Under the pieces are notes generated by a model, which searched no databases, had not been told where the DNA came from, and worked only from the letters and a program-made list of their open reading frames with translations. Shown here in pieces: positions 19,628-30,118 of a DNA stretch of 64,000 nucleotides. Numbering within the stretch: the first letter of the stretch is position 1; every line of letters begins with the position of its first letter. The position numbers and the translations under genes are program-made. Origin of the DNA: an uncultured Planctomycetaceae bacterium (lineage in GTDB: Bacteria > Planctomycetota > Planctomycetia > Pirellulales > PALSA-1355); the NCBI GenBank assembly GCA_963785305.1, contig CAWAUV010000007.1, forward strand, positions 512,001 through 576,000, written 5' to 3'.

Positions 19628-20977
19628 CTAATTGGTCGCCGGCGACGCCGCCGCGGCCGCCGTGCCGAAGGAGCTGAGATTCGTGAACAACACCACGGTC
19701 GTAAACGGCGCCACCGCGTACAAACCCTTGGTGAAAACCATGTTCACCAAGTTGTCGAACAACATCAACTCGCTCTTGGGCACAATGATCAGGTCGGCGT
19801 CGGAGATGAATATCTCGCCCACGGGAAACGATCGCCGGCCCAGCAAGGCTTGCCGCAGATCGAGCATCGTGGCTTCCAGCCGCCACTCTTCATTTCTCCG
19901 CAGCACCACCACTTGGGAAATATTGGCGCCGATATTCCAGCCGCCGGCCATGGTGATCGCCTGCATCACGGTCGTCGGGGCGTCGAGCGTGTAACGGCCT
20001 GGATTCTTCACCTCGCCTTGCACGAACACATAACGCGGCGCGCGGGTGGCCAAGATGGGCGTTACTTCAAGCCCATCGACTTCCGTCGCGTAATGGGCAT
20101 TGATCTCGCGACGAAATTCATCGAGCGTCAGGCCGATCGCGGTCACCGAGCCGATGCCGGGAAGCCACACCGTGCCCTCGGGCGTCACCCGCCCGCGACG
20201 TGTCTGACCCCCCGTGCCGGCGCGGCTGTCGACCGTGGCCCGCATGTCTTCGAGCTTGGTGTTCACCTTGAGCGGGGTCACGTTGATCGAGGGCACTTTG
20301 TAGTATTTTTTATAGAGCTCCTCGAGCTCGTCGCGCAGTTGGGCCACGGTGTGGTGCGTGGCCCGAACTTGTCCAAGCAGAGCGAGCGTGATCGTGCCAT
20401 CGGGTTGCACGATCAGGCTCCGGTCGAGATTGCGATCGGTAAATGATTCCACGCGAATCTCGTCGCCCACGTTCATCTGATAGGGCCGCGCCGTTTCCTC
20501 GCGCGTCAGCCGGTAGACGAAATCGAGCTCATCGTCTTCTCGCAGTCGGTAACATTGCACATGCGCCGTGCGGGATCGCACGACATACTCGCCCTGCTGG
20601 TAGGTTTGAAACTCCGGTGCGAGCGGCGAGAGGAAACCGTTGTCGGCGCGAAACGGCCGATCGGGAAACTTCGGTCGAAACGGGTAATTCTGATATTCGA
20701 CCGGCGGGCACAGCCCCTGGCAAAGCAAAATGTCGTTGTCGACATTATTATCCATCAAATGTTCGCGCGAGCGACGAAAAGCGAACTCCACGCCGCCCTC
20801 CAGGGCCGCCGCCGCGGCGCGCGGCGCCGCGAGCCGCGAGGCCGCGGTTTTGTCGGCCCCTCGGGCGGGAATCGCGCGCTTTGCACGCATCGCGATCGGG
20901 CCGCCGATGGCAAGACACGCGCCGACGACGAGCGCCCAGCGCCGTATCGATCGATTCGTCATTCGCATCTGTTCCAC
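19628..20977 (-). CDS. polysaccharide biosynthesis/export (Wza-like, Poly_export + SLBB) protein
   Basis: VQPDGTITL, VFVQGEVKNPGRY, QAITMAGG, D.IIVPKS. Confidence 0.85.
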   Translation of the reverse strand: MEQMRMTNRSIRRWALVVGACLAIGGPIAMRAKRAIPARGADKTAASRLAAPRAAAAALEGGVEFAFRRSREHLMDNNVDNDILLCQGLCPPVEYQNYPFRPKFPDRPFRADNGFLSPLAPEFQTYQQGEYVVRSRTAHVQCYRLREDDELDFVYRLTREETARPYQMNVGDEIRVESFTDRNLDRSLIVQPDGTITLALLGQVRATHHTVAQLRDELEELYKKYYKVPSINVTPLKVNTKLEDMRATVDSRAGTGGQTRRGRVTPEGTVWLPGIGSVTAIGLTLDEFRREINAHYATEVDGLEVTPILATRAPRYVFVQGEVKNPGRYTLDAPTTVMQAITMAGGWNIGANISQVVVLRRNEEWRLEATMLDLRQALLGRRSFPVGEIFISDADLIIVPKSELMLFDNLVNMVFTKGLYAVAPFTTVVLFTNLSSFGTAAAAASPATN

Positions 20978-21010
20978 CCTTGAAGCGAGGCTCGATTTCG
21001 GATCGTTGCT

Positions 21011-22454
21011 CTAACGTGTTCGATTCGTCGAAGGGGTCCGGGCCGTTTCGACATTGCCGGCGGCGGGCGGCTTCGCGGCGGTCGGCGCGAGATTGACCGA
21101 GGGCGGTGTCGAGGAGCCGTCGGCCAAGGGAGCGCGCGAAAACGACGCCGGGTCGACCCAGGCGATGTTCACCGGCAACATGTTTTCGGGAGTCATCGGA
21201 CCGGCGTTCGTCAGCGCGGCTTGAGCCAACTGCGTCTCCCCGAGCCGCTGATGCACCGTCGCCAGATTTCTCCAAGTCACGCTTTGTGGACAGGCGGCGA
21301 GGCTCTGGCGAAACACATCGCGGGCCGCTTCGAGCCGTCCACAGTTGCCGAGAATCACGCCCAACTCGTTGCTCGCGCGAAAGTTGTTGGGGTCGGCCGC
21401 GAGCGCCGCTTGATACGTGGCGGTCGCGACGCCGATATCGCCCAAGGCGCGCTTGCCGGGCATTGCGGTCGCGAGCGCCGCGACGCGGCCCACGCCATAG
21501 AGCGCCAGCGAAGCGGCCGGTTGGCCGCCAGCGGCGAGCGTCAACTGATCCTGGGCAAAGGTCAAATATTGTTGCTGGGCGATAAGGGGATTCACGCCCC
21601 CAAGCGACCGGGCTCGCAAGACCGGGGTGCGATGGCCCTCGATGATATGCCGAATATCGACGCCGTCTTCGAGCGAGGCGCGTTCATTGGAAAAATCGCG
21701 CGCTTCGCGCAGGCGCCGTCAGGCCCGCCCGCAGCGCGGCCGAGTGTTCGTCGGTCGATTGCCGGGCATCGAGCGCCTGGGCGACCATCCACAGGGATTG
21801 AATGAACTCGGCGCGGGCCGAGTGCATCGCCCCATGTTCGGCGAGTCGAAAGCCTTCGCGCACGCGCTCATCGGCCTGGGCGTTTACCGTGGCCAGATCG
21901 TCGGGCGCGGCTGGGCGCGCCGCGGGCAACGCCGCGGCGCGAGGCCCGCCGACGACTTCGCTCCGCGAAAGCGACATCGAATTGGGAACCGCCGGCAAGC
22001 GAGAAACGGCGAGCGCGCGGGCCGGGGGCGCCGGAGCCACGGCCGCAGGAGCCACCGGCATTTGCGACGAGGCTACCTGAGACGTTATTTGAGGCGGCGC
22101 TGGTTGGCCGCCGGGCGCCAAGCGATTGCGAGCCACGAGGGGTGTCGACGCGTCGCTCGCTCCAGCGGGAGGTGTTTGGTTGGGGAATACCGCGGGCGCC
22201 ACGGCGGTCCTCGCGGCGGAGATTTCGCCGCTGGCCTCCGGCGGAGCGAGTGGTCGCGCCGAGTCGTCGACCCAGAAAGGCGCCGGCTCGCTCGGAATCG
22301 TGGCGCTCCGAATCGTGGCGTGCTGAACCGTTACGCTCGGCGCGGGCGCCGGCGGGCTCGCCTTTTGGCAGCCCGCAATCTGCGCGGCGACGACCGCCAC
22401 GGCCAGCCAGCGCGGCGCCGAACGATTGAAAATGTAAGGATTGCGACGATCCAT
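21011..22454 (-). CDS. TPR-containing lipoprotein (frameshifted)
   Basis: Lipobox IAGC and Pro/Ala linker (ORF 21684..22550); ASNELGVILG...WRNLATVHQRLG TPR (ORF 21011..21619). Confidence 0.7.
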
Positions 22455-22836
22455 CGTCGGCCCATGCGAGTTGGTGCAGCCGGCGCGCAAACGTCCGTGC
22501 GTCGAGCGAGCCGCTTGAAACCTCTCTTTCGGGATCGACCGGCGAAGCACGTGGCGCTAATCGGAAAACGGCCTCGGGCGCCGCGAGAGCCCCGTCGGCG
22601 ACGTGACAACTCGCACAGCCCCACCGAGCGGCGCCAAGCGACGTTCTCGGCCTCATCGTTGATATCGGCGCCGGTGGTTGCCGCCCGCCCGCCCGCGCCG
22701 GAAGAATCGTTGCGATCGGCCGAATTGGCCGAAAACCGGCTCGTGCGGTTGTCGCGTATAGACTTGGGATTGGGCGTCATGCCCACGCTGGGCGCAAGTG
22801 TAGCGTACCCGTTTCAAGCTATAAAGCGCCTTGGAT

Positions 22837-23484
22837 TTACGCCGAGCCTTGCTTCGGCGGCGCAATGAGAAGCTCTTCGATCACGCGGAAGATGGCTTCG
22901 GCCACGGAGTCTTTCGGTCCCGCGACGCTCTGAAGCACGCGACCGGCGCGATCCAAAATCTCGACCGAGTTTTCCAGCGAGTGCATGGCCTCGGGTCCAT
23001 TGAGCACCATTAGGTCGCAATGTTTTTTCTCGAGCTTCGCCAAGGCGCGCAACCGGCGATCTTCGGTTTCGAGCGCGAAGCCCACGAGCCACTGGCCCGA
23101 CTTGGCGGCGCCGAGCGTGGCGACGATATCCTCGGTTTCGATCAGATGCATGTCGAGCGGCTGGCCGGTCTTGGCGATCTTGTGTGGCGCCACGCGCACC
23201 GGACGATAGTCGCAGGGCGCCGCCACGCCGATCAATCCATCGCAATCGGGAAAAATTCGCCGGCTGGCCTCGAGCATATCCTCGGTCGAGACCACCTGGG
23301 TCACCTGGGCCGCCTCGGGATAATCCACGTCGACCGGACCGGTCACGATTCGCACATCGTGCCCGCGGGCGAGCGCGGCGCGAGCGAGCGAGGCGCCCAT
23401 GCGACCGCTCGAGGCGTTGGTCAGATATCGCACCGGATCGAGATATTGCCGCGTGGGCCCCGAGGTGATCAGAATGCGCGCCAC
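22837..23484 (-). CDS. coaB: phosphopantothenate-cysteine ligase domain protein
   Basis: ILITSGPTRQYLDPVRYLTNASSGRMG, AAPCDYRP, VGFALET. Confidence 0.9.
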   Translation of the reverse strand: MARILITSGPTRQYLDPVRYLTNASSGRMGASLARAALARGHDVRIVTGPVDVDYPEAAQVTQVVSTEDMLEASRRIFPDCDGLIGVAAPCDYRPVRVAPHKIAKTGQPLDMHLIETEDIVATLGAAKSGQWLVGFALETEDRRLRALAKLEKKHCDLMVLNGPEAMHSLENSVEILDRAGRVLQSVAGPKDSVAEAIFRVIEELLIAPPKQGSA

Positions 23485-23588
23485 GCTCAGGCTCCAAATC
23501 CGCCGCGAAAGCATTTGCCCCGGTTCCGCTCAAGGAACGCATAGGAACCACCGCGAGCTTGTCCGGTCGGGGAATTCGAGTTTGCCAT

Positions 23589-24205
23589 TCAATTGCCCCG
23601 CCGCCGCGATTGGGCGAGCGCTTGGGCAATGGCGCGGAAAATCTCCTCGGGCGAGGCCATGCGTCCCACGCCCCGCGACCGGCAACTGAGCCAACCGGCC
23701 TCGGGCCCGATGAACGACACGCCATCGTTTTCGAGTTGCGCGATTGCGAATCACGGCGGGTTTTTCCCACATTTCGCGGTTCATGGCCGGCGCCATCAGA
23801 ACACGGCCGGTGAACGAAAGATAGAGCGTCGAAAGCAGATCGTCGGCCATGCCGTGCGCGGCGCGGGCCATGAAGTTGGCGGTGGCCGGCGCGATGCAAA
23901 ACAACTCGGCACGCGCGGCAAGTTCGATATGGGCCCCCAGCGGAAAGCGCGGGGTCGAACGCATCGACCGCCACGGGCCGGGCCGAGAGCGCGGCGAACG
24001 TGGCCCGGCCAACGAACTGTTCGGCCGACGCCGACATCACGACGGAGACTCCGGCGCCGGCCTGCACAAGCTGGCTGACAAGCGCGGCTGCCTTGTAGGC
24101 GGCGATACCGCCCGACACGCCCACGACGATTTCGCGGCCCTCGCAAGCAAGGTTCGCGGGGTCGCCATCGGGTTTTTTGCCGCCATCGGGCGCTGGGGGG
24201 TTCAT
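23589..24205 (-). CDS. coaC: phosphopantothenoylcysteine decarboxylase flavoprotein (frameshifted)
   Basis: [29 protein letters not shown] spread over adjacent frames. Confidence 0.85.
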
Positions 24206-24222
24206 GGGGATCGCAGCGAGAT

Positions 24223-24483
24223 TTAGAGCTTGGTCAGGTCCAGTTCCGGCGGCCCGCCTTCGATGTCTTCGCCGGTGATGCGGAGGTTGGCCGAGGTGTC
24301 GAGATAGATTTTGTCCTGCATGATCTCTTGGATCACGATCTCGAGCTTGTTGTCCGACTTGATGTTCACCAGCGGCCGACTGCCGGCGTTGATGGCCACG
24401 AGCCGCTTTTGGATGAGGGTCGAGAGTTTGAATCGCCCGCCCACTTTGTTCACGATCTCTTCTTCACGCAGTTCTTCGAGCAT
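24223..24483 (-). CDS. rpoZ: RNA polymerase omega subunit
   Basis: MLEELREEEIVNKVGGRFKLSTLIQKRL; gmk-rpoZ-coa synteny. Confidence 0.85.
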   Translation of the reverse strand: MLEELREEEIVNKVGGRFKLSTLIQKRLVAINAGSRPLVNIKSDNKLEIVIQEIMQDKIYLDTSANLRITGEDIEGGPPELDLTKL

Positions 24484-24488
24484 GCCGA

Positions 24489-25074
24489 TTACTTCCCATG
24501 AGCCTTGAGGATATCGCAAATTCGTTGGACCCGCGGTCCACGTCGTCGTTGAGCACTTGATATCGATACTGTTCGGCGCTCGCGAGCTCGCGCTGCGCCG
24601 TGGCCAACCGCCGGGTGACGGCGGCTTCGTCCTCGGTGCGGCGGCCACGCAGCCGGCGCTCGAGCTCTTCGGTCGAGCCGGGGCGCACAAAGATGGTAAT
24701 CGCCTCGGGATAGCGGGCCACGACCGCTCGGGCGCCCTCGACGTCAATCTCCAACACTACCCACTTTCCGGCGGAAAGGCCAGGGGCCACCTGGTCGACG
24801 AGCGTGCCGTACCAGTAGCCGTGGCCGAAAACCTCGCAACACTCGAGAAAATCGCCCCGCTCGCGCCGGGCGGCGAACTCCTCGGGCGAGAGAAACAGGT
24901 AGTCCACTCCGTGCGCCTCGAGCTCGCGCGGAGGACGCGTCGTGGCCGACACACTTGCCACGAGCTCGGGGCAACGCTCGAACAACCGCTTGAGCACGGT
25001 GGTCTTGCCCACGCCCGACGGTCCGGAAATGACCACCACCTGCCCGGGCGCGACGCCTGCGACGTTGGGGCCAT
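24489..25074 (-). CDS. gmk: guanylate kinase (frameshifts near both ends)
   Basis: SGPSGVGKTT, SATTRPPR, YGT, LEIDVEGA. Confidence 0.92.
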
Positions 25075-25162
25075 CACGGGCGCCTTCCTTTCCACGGCGA
25101 GCGAAGTTTGCATGGAAACACGAAGTCCTGGGTTGGTTCGATCGAGGCGCCTGAAATTCTGG

Positions 25163-26045
25163 TCACTCGATGTTTTGGATCATTTCTCGAATGCGTTCGA
25201 TCGCGGTCTTGATCTCGATGACATGCCGCGAAATCTCGAAGTCGTTGGCTTTCGACCCGATCGTGTTCGTCTCGCGAAACATTTCCTGGGTGACGAATTC
25301 GAGCTTCCGACCGCAGCTTTCTTCTTGACGGGTGATCGTGGCGAACTGATCCAAGTGGCTTCCCAGCCGCACGATCTCTTCCGAGATATCGCTTCGCTCG
25401 GTGAAGAGGCACAGCTCGCGTAGAATATCCGAGGGTTGAAACGCGGCCCCATCGTCGCCCAACGCTTTTTGCAGTCGCTCGCTGATTCGCGCGGTAATTC
25501 TCGACCACCAGCGGCGCTCGCGACGCGATCGCGCCGAGCTCCTGACGAATGGTCGCGCAGTTGATCGCCAAGTCATCGCTCATGGCCCGGCCCTCGCTCT
25601 CGCGCATTTGGGCCATGTTCTTGAGCGCGGCGGTGATCACGCGCTCGATCAGCGGCCAATCCGCCGCCACATCGCGCGAGTTTTGCGGTTCTTCGTCGAC
25701 GATGCCCGGCAGCGACAGCAGGGCGCCGATCTCGACCGGCGTCGTGAGCTTCCATTCGCGCCGCAAGCGGTCGGCCTGCTCGCGGTAACTGGCCAGGGCC
25801 AGCATGTTGAGCCGATAATCGTCGGCGGCGCGAGCACGCTGAGCGCGGAGGTTGAGCTGCACGGCGCCGCGCTTGATGTGCTGCCGCACGAGCGTTTCGA
25901 TCTCGGGCTCGAGTTGCCCGTAGCCATCGCCGGCGCGCAGCGAGAGCTTGAGATATTTGTTGTTCACGGTGCGCAGTTCGACCGCGACAGCCAGGCCGTC
26001 TTGCTGTGCTTGCGCCTCGCCAAAGCCCGTCATGCTAAGCAGCAC
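25163..26045 (-). CDS. yicC: YicC family endoribonuclease (one frameshift)
   Basis: SMTGFG N-terminus; [35 protein letters not shown]. Confidence 0.92.
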
Positions 26046-26082
26046 GCTTGCGATCCTCTTAACGACCGGCGAAACCCGTGGA

Positions 26083-26644
26083 CTACTTCTTCTCGTCGGC
26101 CGGCAACGCGACCCCCGGGGCGACCGAGCCGTTGGGCGTCAGGCTGCCTGGCGGCTGGCTCGTGGCCGGCGTCGCTTCGGCCGTCGGCTGTTTGTCGCTC
26201 GCGGCCGGAGCTCTGGCGCCGCCTCGACCGTGTCGCCGGATTTATCGGCCGTCGCCTTACCCGTGCTCGATTTGTCCGTGCTCGATTTATCGGGGGCCGA
26301 TTCTTTCGCGTCGCTCTTTTTGTCGTCGCTCTTCTTGGTTTCCTTGCCTTGGGCGCCGGCGGGCGGGGCGCTCGGCGGCTTGCGCCGGCATTGAGCACCT
26401 GGTCATTCGAGCCCAAAAGTTTGACCGAGGCGGCGCAGAGCACAATCCAGATCGCGGCCACGACGATCGTCACGCGGGTAAACACATCGCCGGCCTTCGT
26501 GCCGAACGCGCTTTGTCCGCCGGCGCCACCGAAAGCGCCGGCCAAACCGCCGCCGCGACCCCGCTGCACCAGCACCAGCAGAATCAAGAACACCGAGGTC
26601 ACGCACAACAGCGTCATCAGCAGGTATTCGACAATGACTCCCAT
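26083..26644 (-). CDS. secG: preprotein translocase SecG with long polar tail (frameshifted tail)
   Basis: [37 protein letters not shown]; follows tpiA. Confidence 0.9.
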
Positions 26645-26884
26645 GACTGTTTCCGATCCTTTCGAGCCCGCTCGCGCCAAAGGCGAGGGGCGGGTTTTCG
26701 AGGCCGCCTTGAAACCGAGTGGCGGACATTATTCGTGGTTTGCTTTACCGGCGAGGCAGGGGACGCCCGCGCCGAAGTATTCTATCGCATCCTGGATTGT
26801 GCGTCGGCCCCAAATCCAACGGCTTTTGGGCGAGAACCGGCCGCGAAATAGCTCGAATTCAACCGGCGGCGCGACAATCTCCGC

Positions 26885-27650
26885 CTACTTCTTGGCCGGC
26901 GCGCGGCGGCGATGCCGAGGAAATCATCGGCCTTGAGGCTCGCCCCGCCGACCAAGGCGCCATCGATATTGGGCTGCGAGAGCAATTCGGCGGCGTTCGA
27001 CGGCTTGACGCTGCCGCCGTATTGGATGCGCGTCGCCTGGGCGAGCGCGTCGCTATATCGCTCGGCCAAGAGCGCTCGCAGCGTCGCGTGTACTTCCTCG
27101 GCCTGGGCCGGAGTGGCCACCTTGCCGGTGCCGATCGCCCAGACCGGCTCATAAGCGATCACGATCCGCCGCATTTGCTCCTCGGTCACTCCGGCTAGCG
27201 AACCGAGAAACTGCTTTCGCACCACATCGGTCGTGAGCCCGGCTTCGCGCTCGGCGAGCAGTTCGCCCACGCACACGATCGGCAAGAGCCCCGCGCCGAG
27301 GGCGACAAGCGTCTTTTTGTTGACGATGGCATCGGTTTCGCCAAACAATTGGCGCCGCTCGCTGTGGCCGAGAATCACATACTTGCAGCCGACATCGAGC
27401 AGCATCGCCGCGCTGAGCTCGCCCGTGAAAGCCCCATTGCCCTCGAAATACATATTTTGCCGCCGAGCGCCACCGGCGAATTGCTCGGAATCGCATCCTT
27501 GACGGCGGTGAGATAGACCGCCGGCGGACAGAGCACGAGATCGGCCTCCGGCGCCGACTTCGCCCGCTCGACCACCGCTTTGGCCAGCGCCACCGCGCCC
27601 GCCCGGTCCAGATTCATCTTCCAATTGCCGGCAATCAATGAACGACGCAT
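26885..27650 (-). CDS. tpiA: triosephosphate isomerase (frameshifted)
   Basis: [36 protein letters not shown]. Confidence 0.95.
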
Positions 27651-28021
27651 GCAACCACCCACGGAGCAAAAAGACTGGCGATCAACGACGCAAACGCCAC
27701 GCCATCGCTTCGCCCGAACGGCCGTGATTCCCGAACGGGTCGGGCGGGCTTTCGGACTTTGCGGGGCGGGCGCCGTTAAAAACAAGTTCGTTAGTGTACC
27801 CGAAAATCCTCGCGGCGAAAGGGGTTTCGGCGCTGGGTCGCGAGCGATCGCGCGAGTGAGACGAATCCCGACTCTCTTTATGGTATTTAGTTGACTGAAA
27901 CTTCGGCGACGCTTCGAGGACTCGCCACCGCGATCGGCGCGATCGGGCTTGGCCGGCATCCGGCGCGCCCGTTCGCGCGGCCCACGCTATAATGACGCTT
28001 TCGTCTGAAAGGAGGGCGGCG

Positions 28022-29119
28022 ATGCGAGTTTTGCGATCACTTGGCCTAGCTATCCTCATGGCGAGCGCGGCTCGCGGCGCTTGGGCTCAGGCGCCCGTTG
28101 AGCTCGGCGCCAAGCCAAGCGCGCTCATCTCGAATTGGCTTCATTATCGGATCGAGGCGGGACGCCTGGTTGCTTGGTGCGACGCCGCGGGACCCCATGG
28201 TGGCACGCGCTCCAACGTCAGCCACACCCAAGTCAATCAGACGCCCTCGCGCAACGAACGCCTTTCCTTGGAAATCAAGTCCGGCGCCCCCAGTGTGCGC
28301 TACGAGCTCCATGTGCCGAGCGAAGATGTCTTCATCGAGCTCCATGCCTGGAATCAGTTCACCATCCGTCGCGCCGGCAAAGCGCCGGGGCTCGGCAGCT
28401 TTCATTTCACGCAACCGGTCGCCGGCGACCTGATCCTCGCGATCACCAGCGGTTCCGAACAGACCGAGACCCGGGCCGCCGATTTCTGGCGGCTTGTTCT
28501 TTGCGAGCCGGAACTCTGCCGCCAGTCGATCCTGCCGCTCTTGGCGAGCATGCGCTCCGATTGGCGCTTGCCGACGCAAATCGCGGAGATCGAAGACGAG
28601 CTATTTCACATCGCGGCCAACCCGCGCGGCGACGATCGGCGTCAGTGGCGAACATGGGTCCTGGAATTGGGAAGCGACACCTACAAGCAGCGGGCCGCGG
28701 CGCACCGGAACCTTACCCAAGCGGGACCGTTGATCGCGCCATTTCTGGAGCGAATCGATGACCAGCGGCTCGACGCCGAGCAGCGCGAACGGGTGCGGCA
28801 GATTCTCGCGGGGTTCGGCCGCAGTGTCGAAGACTCGACCGAACAAGCGGCGGCGCGGCTGGCGGGCGATGCTAAAGTCTGGCTGGCGCTCGCCAAACGC
28901 TCCGACGAACCACGTCGGCGCCTGGCGGCCCAGCAGCTTGCCAAGTGTTTCGATCGGCCCGTGGACTTCGACCCGGCCGCCGAGGCCGAAAAGCGAGCCG
29001 AACAACTGGAAAAGCTCCGAATTGAAATCGCCAAGTCCGACCCGATGGGCGAACTCCCCGCGGAAGCCAAATCCTCGGCGGCGCCATCGCCTCAGCCGTC
29101 GCCGTCTGTCGACGACTAA
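28022..29119 (+). CDS. secreted hypothetical protein with HEAT-like C-terminal helices
   Basis: Signal peptide ending AWA; LGSDTYKQRAAAHRNL helical motif. Confidence 0.7.
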   Translation: MRVLRSLGLAILMASAARGAWAQAPVELGAKPSALISNWLHYRIEAGRLVAWCDAAGPHGGTRSNVSHTQVNQTPSRNERLSLEIKSGAPSVRYELHVPSEDVFIELHAWNQFTIRRAGKAPGLGSFHFTQPVAGDLILAITSGSEQTETRAADFWRLVLCEPELCRQSILPLLASMRSDWRLPTQIAEIEDELFHIAANPRGDDRRQWRTWVLELGSDTYKQRAAAHRNLTQAGPLIAPFLERIDDQRLDAEQRERVRQILAGFGRSVEDSTEQAAARLAGDAKVWLALAKRSDEPRRRLAAQQLAKCFDRPVDFDPAAEAEKRAEQLEKLRIEIAKSDPMGELPAEAKSSAAPSPQPSPSVDD

Positions 29120-29868
29120 GACCTGGCGTTTTCCGCCTCGGCTTGGGCGAGGATTTCCTCGACTAACCGCCGCGGGGCGCCGATGTCGAGCACCGTGATT
29201 TCGCCGGTCCAAGCTTGGGCGCCAGAAACGACCAACCCAGGCTTGGGCGCCACGAAGGTGCAGGTGCGCACGGCGCGAATGATGCGCTGCGCGATCGGGC
29301 CGCGCTCGGCGTCGAGCCCGCTGGGGAGATCGACAGCCAGAATGGGTGGCTCGGCCGCGTTCATCGCGTCGATCGCTTCGGCGAGCGGACTTCGCGGCTC
29401 GCCCTGGGCGCCGGTTCCCAAGAGAGCGTCGACGATCCACGCCGAACCGGCCAAGAGCGCTCGCGCCTCGTCGGGCGCCGAAAGCACATGGAGCGAGAGT
29501 CCGCTCGCGCGGACGATCGCGTAGTTCACGGCCACATCGCCCTTGAGCCCGAGCGATTGCGCGTCGGGCGGTGATGCGCTCGTCGCGGCCGCGCCGCGGG
29601 CCAGTCGCTCGGGAGGCACGAACAGCAGCACGCGCACCGGCGCACCGCCGAGATCAAGATGGCGAGCAACGACAAACCCATCGCCGCCATTGTTGCCCCA
29701 GCCGCAGCAGATGGTCACTGGTCCGGCGGGGGCCAATCGGCGAAGCTCATCGGCCACGCCGCGGCCGGCGTTTTCCATGAGTTGGAGGCTGTGCATGCCG
29801 AACTCGGCAACCGCGCGGCGGTCGAGTTCCTGGGCCAGTCGCCGGGAGATAGCGACGCCGGCCGGCAT
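29116..29868 (-). CDS. nnrE: NAD(P)H-hydrate epimerase (stand-alone YjeF_N)
   Basis: LMENAG, GNNGGDG, DALLGTG, AVDLPSG. Confidence 0.9.
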   Translation of the reverse strand: MPAGVAISRRLAQELDRRAVAEFGMHSLQLMENAGRGVADELRRLAPAGPVTICCGWGNNGGDGFVVARHLDLGGAPVRVLLFVPPERLARGAAATSASPPDAQSLGLKGDVAVNYAIVRASGLSLHVLSAPDEARALLAGSAWIVDALLGTGAQGEPRSPLAEAIDAMNAAEPPILAVDLPSGLDAERGPIAQRIIRAVRTCTFVAPKPGLVVSGAQAWTGEITVLDIGAPRRLVEEILAQAEAENARS

Positions 29869-30089
29869 TAACCACACTCCGGTCGGCCGCAGCCGCCGCG
29901 TCCGCAGGGGCCACCCCAGGACTCGCTGCTCGCGGCAAGATTCTTGCCGATTACCGGCGCGGCCGGCACGCTCCAGCAGCGCTCGAGCTTGCCGCCGCCG
30001 CACTCCGGGCAGCGAGGAGCGCTGTCGGCGCGCTCGAGATGTTCAAACGCATGCGAGCAACCCGTGCATTTGTATTCATAGATCGGCAT
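29868..30089 (-). CDS. FmdB family zinc-ribbon protein
   Basis: MPIYEYKC..C...FE...CPECG. Confidence 0.85.
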   Translation of the reverse strand: MPIYEYKCTGCSHAFEHLERADSAPRCPECGGGKLERCWSVPAAPVIGKNLAASSESWGGPCGRGGCGRPECG

Positions 30090-30118
30090 TGTCGATTCTC
30101 CCGCCCCGGGGCGATTCA

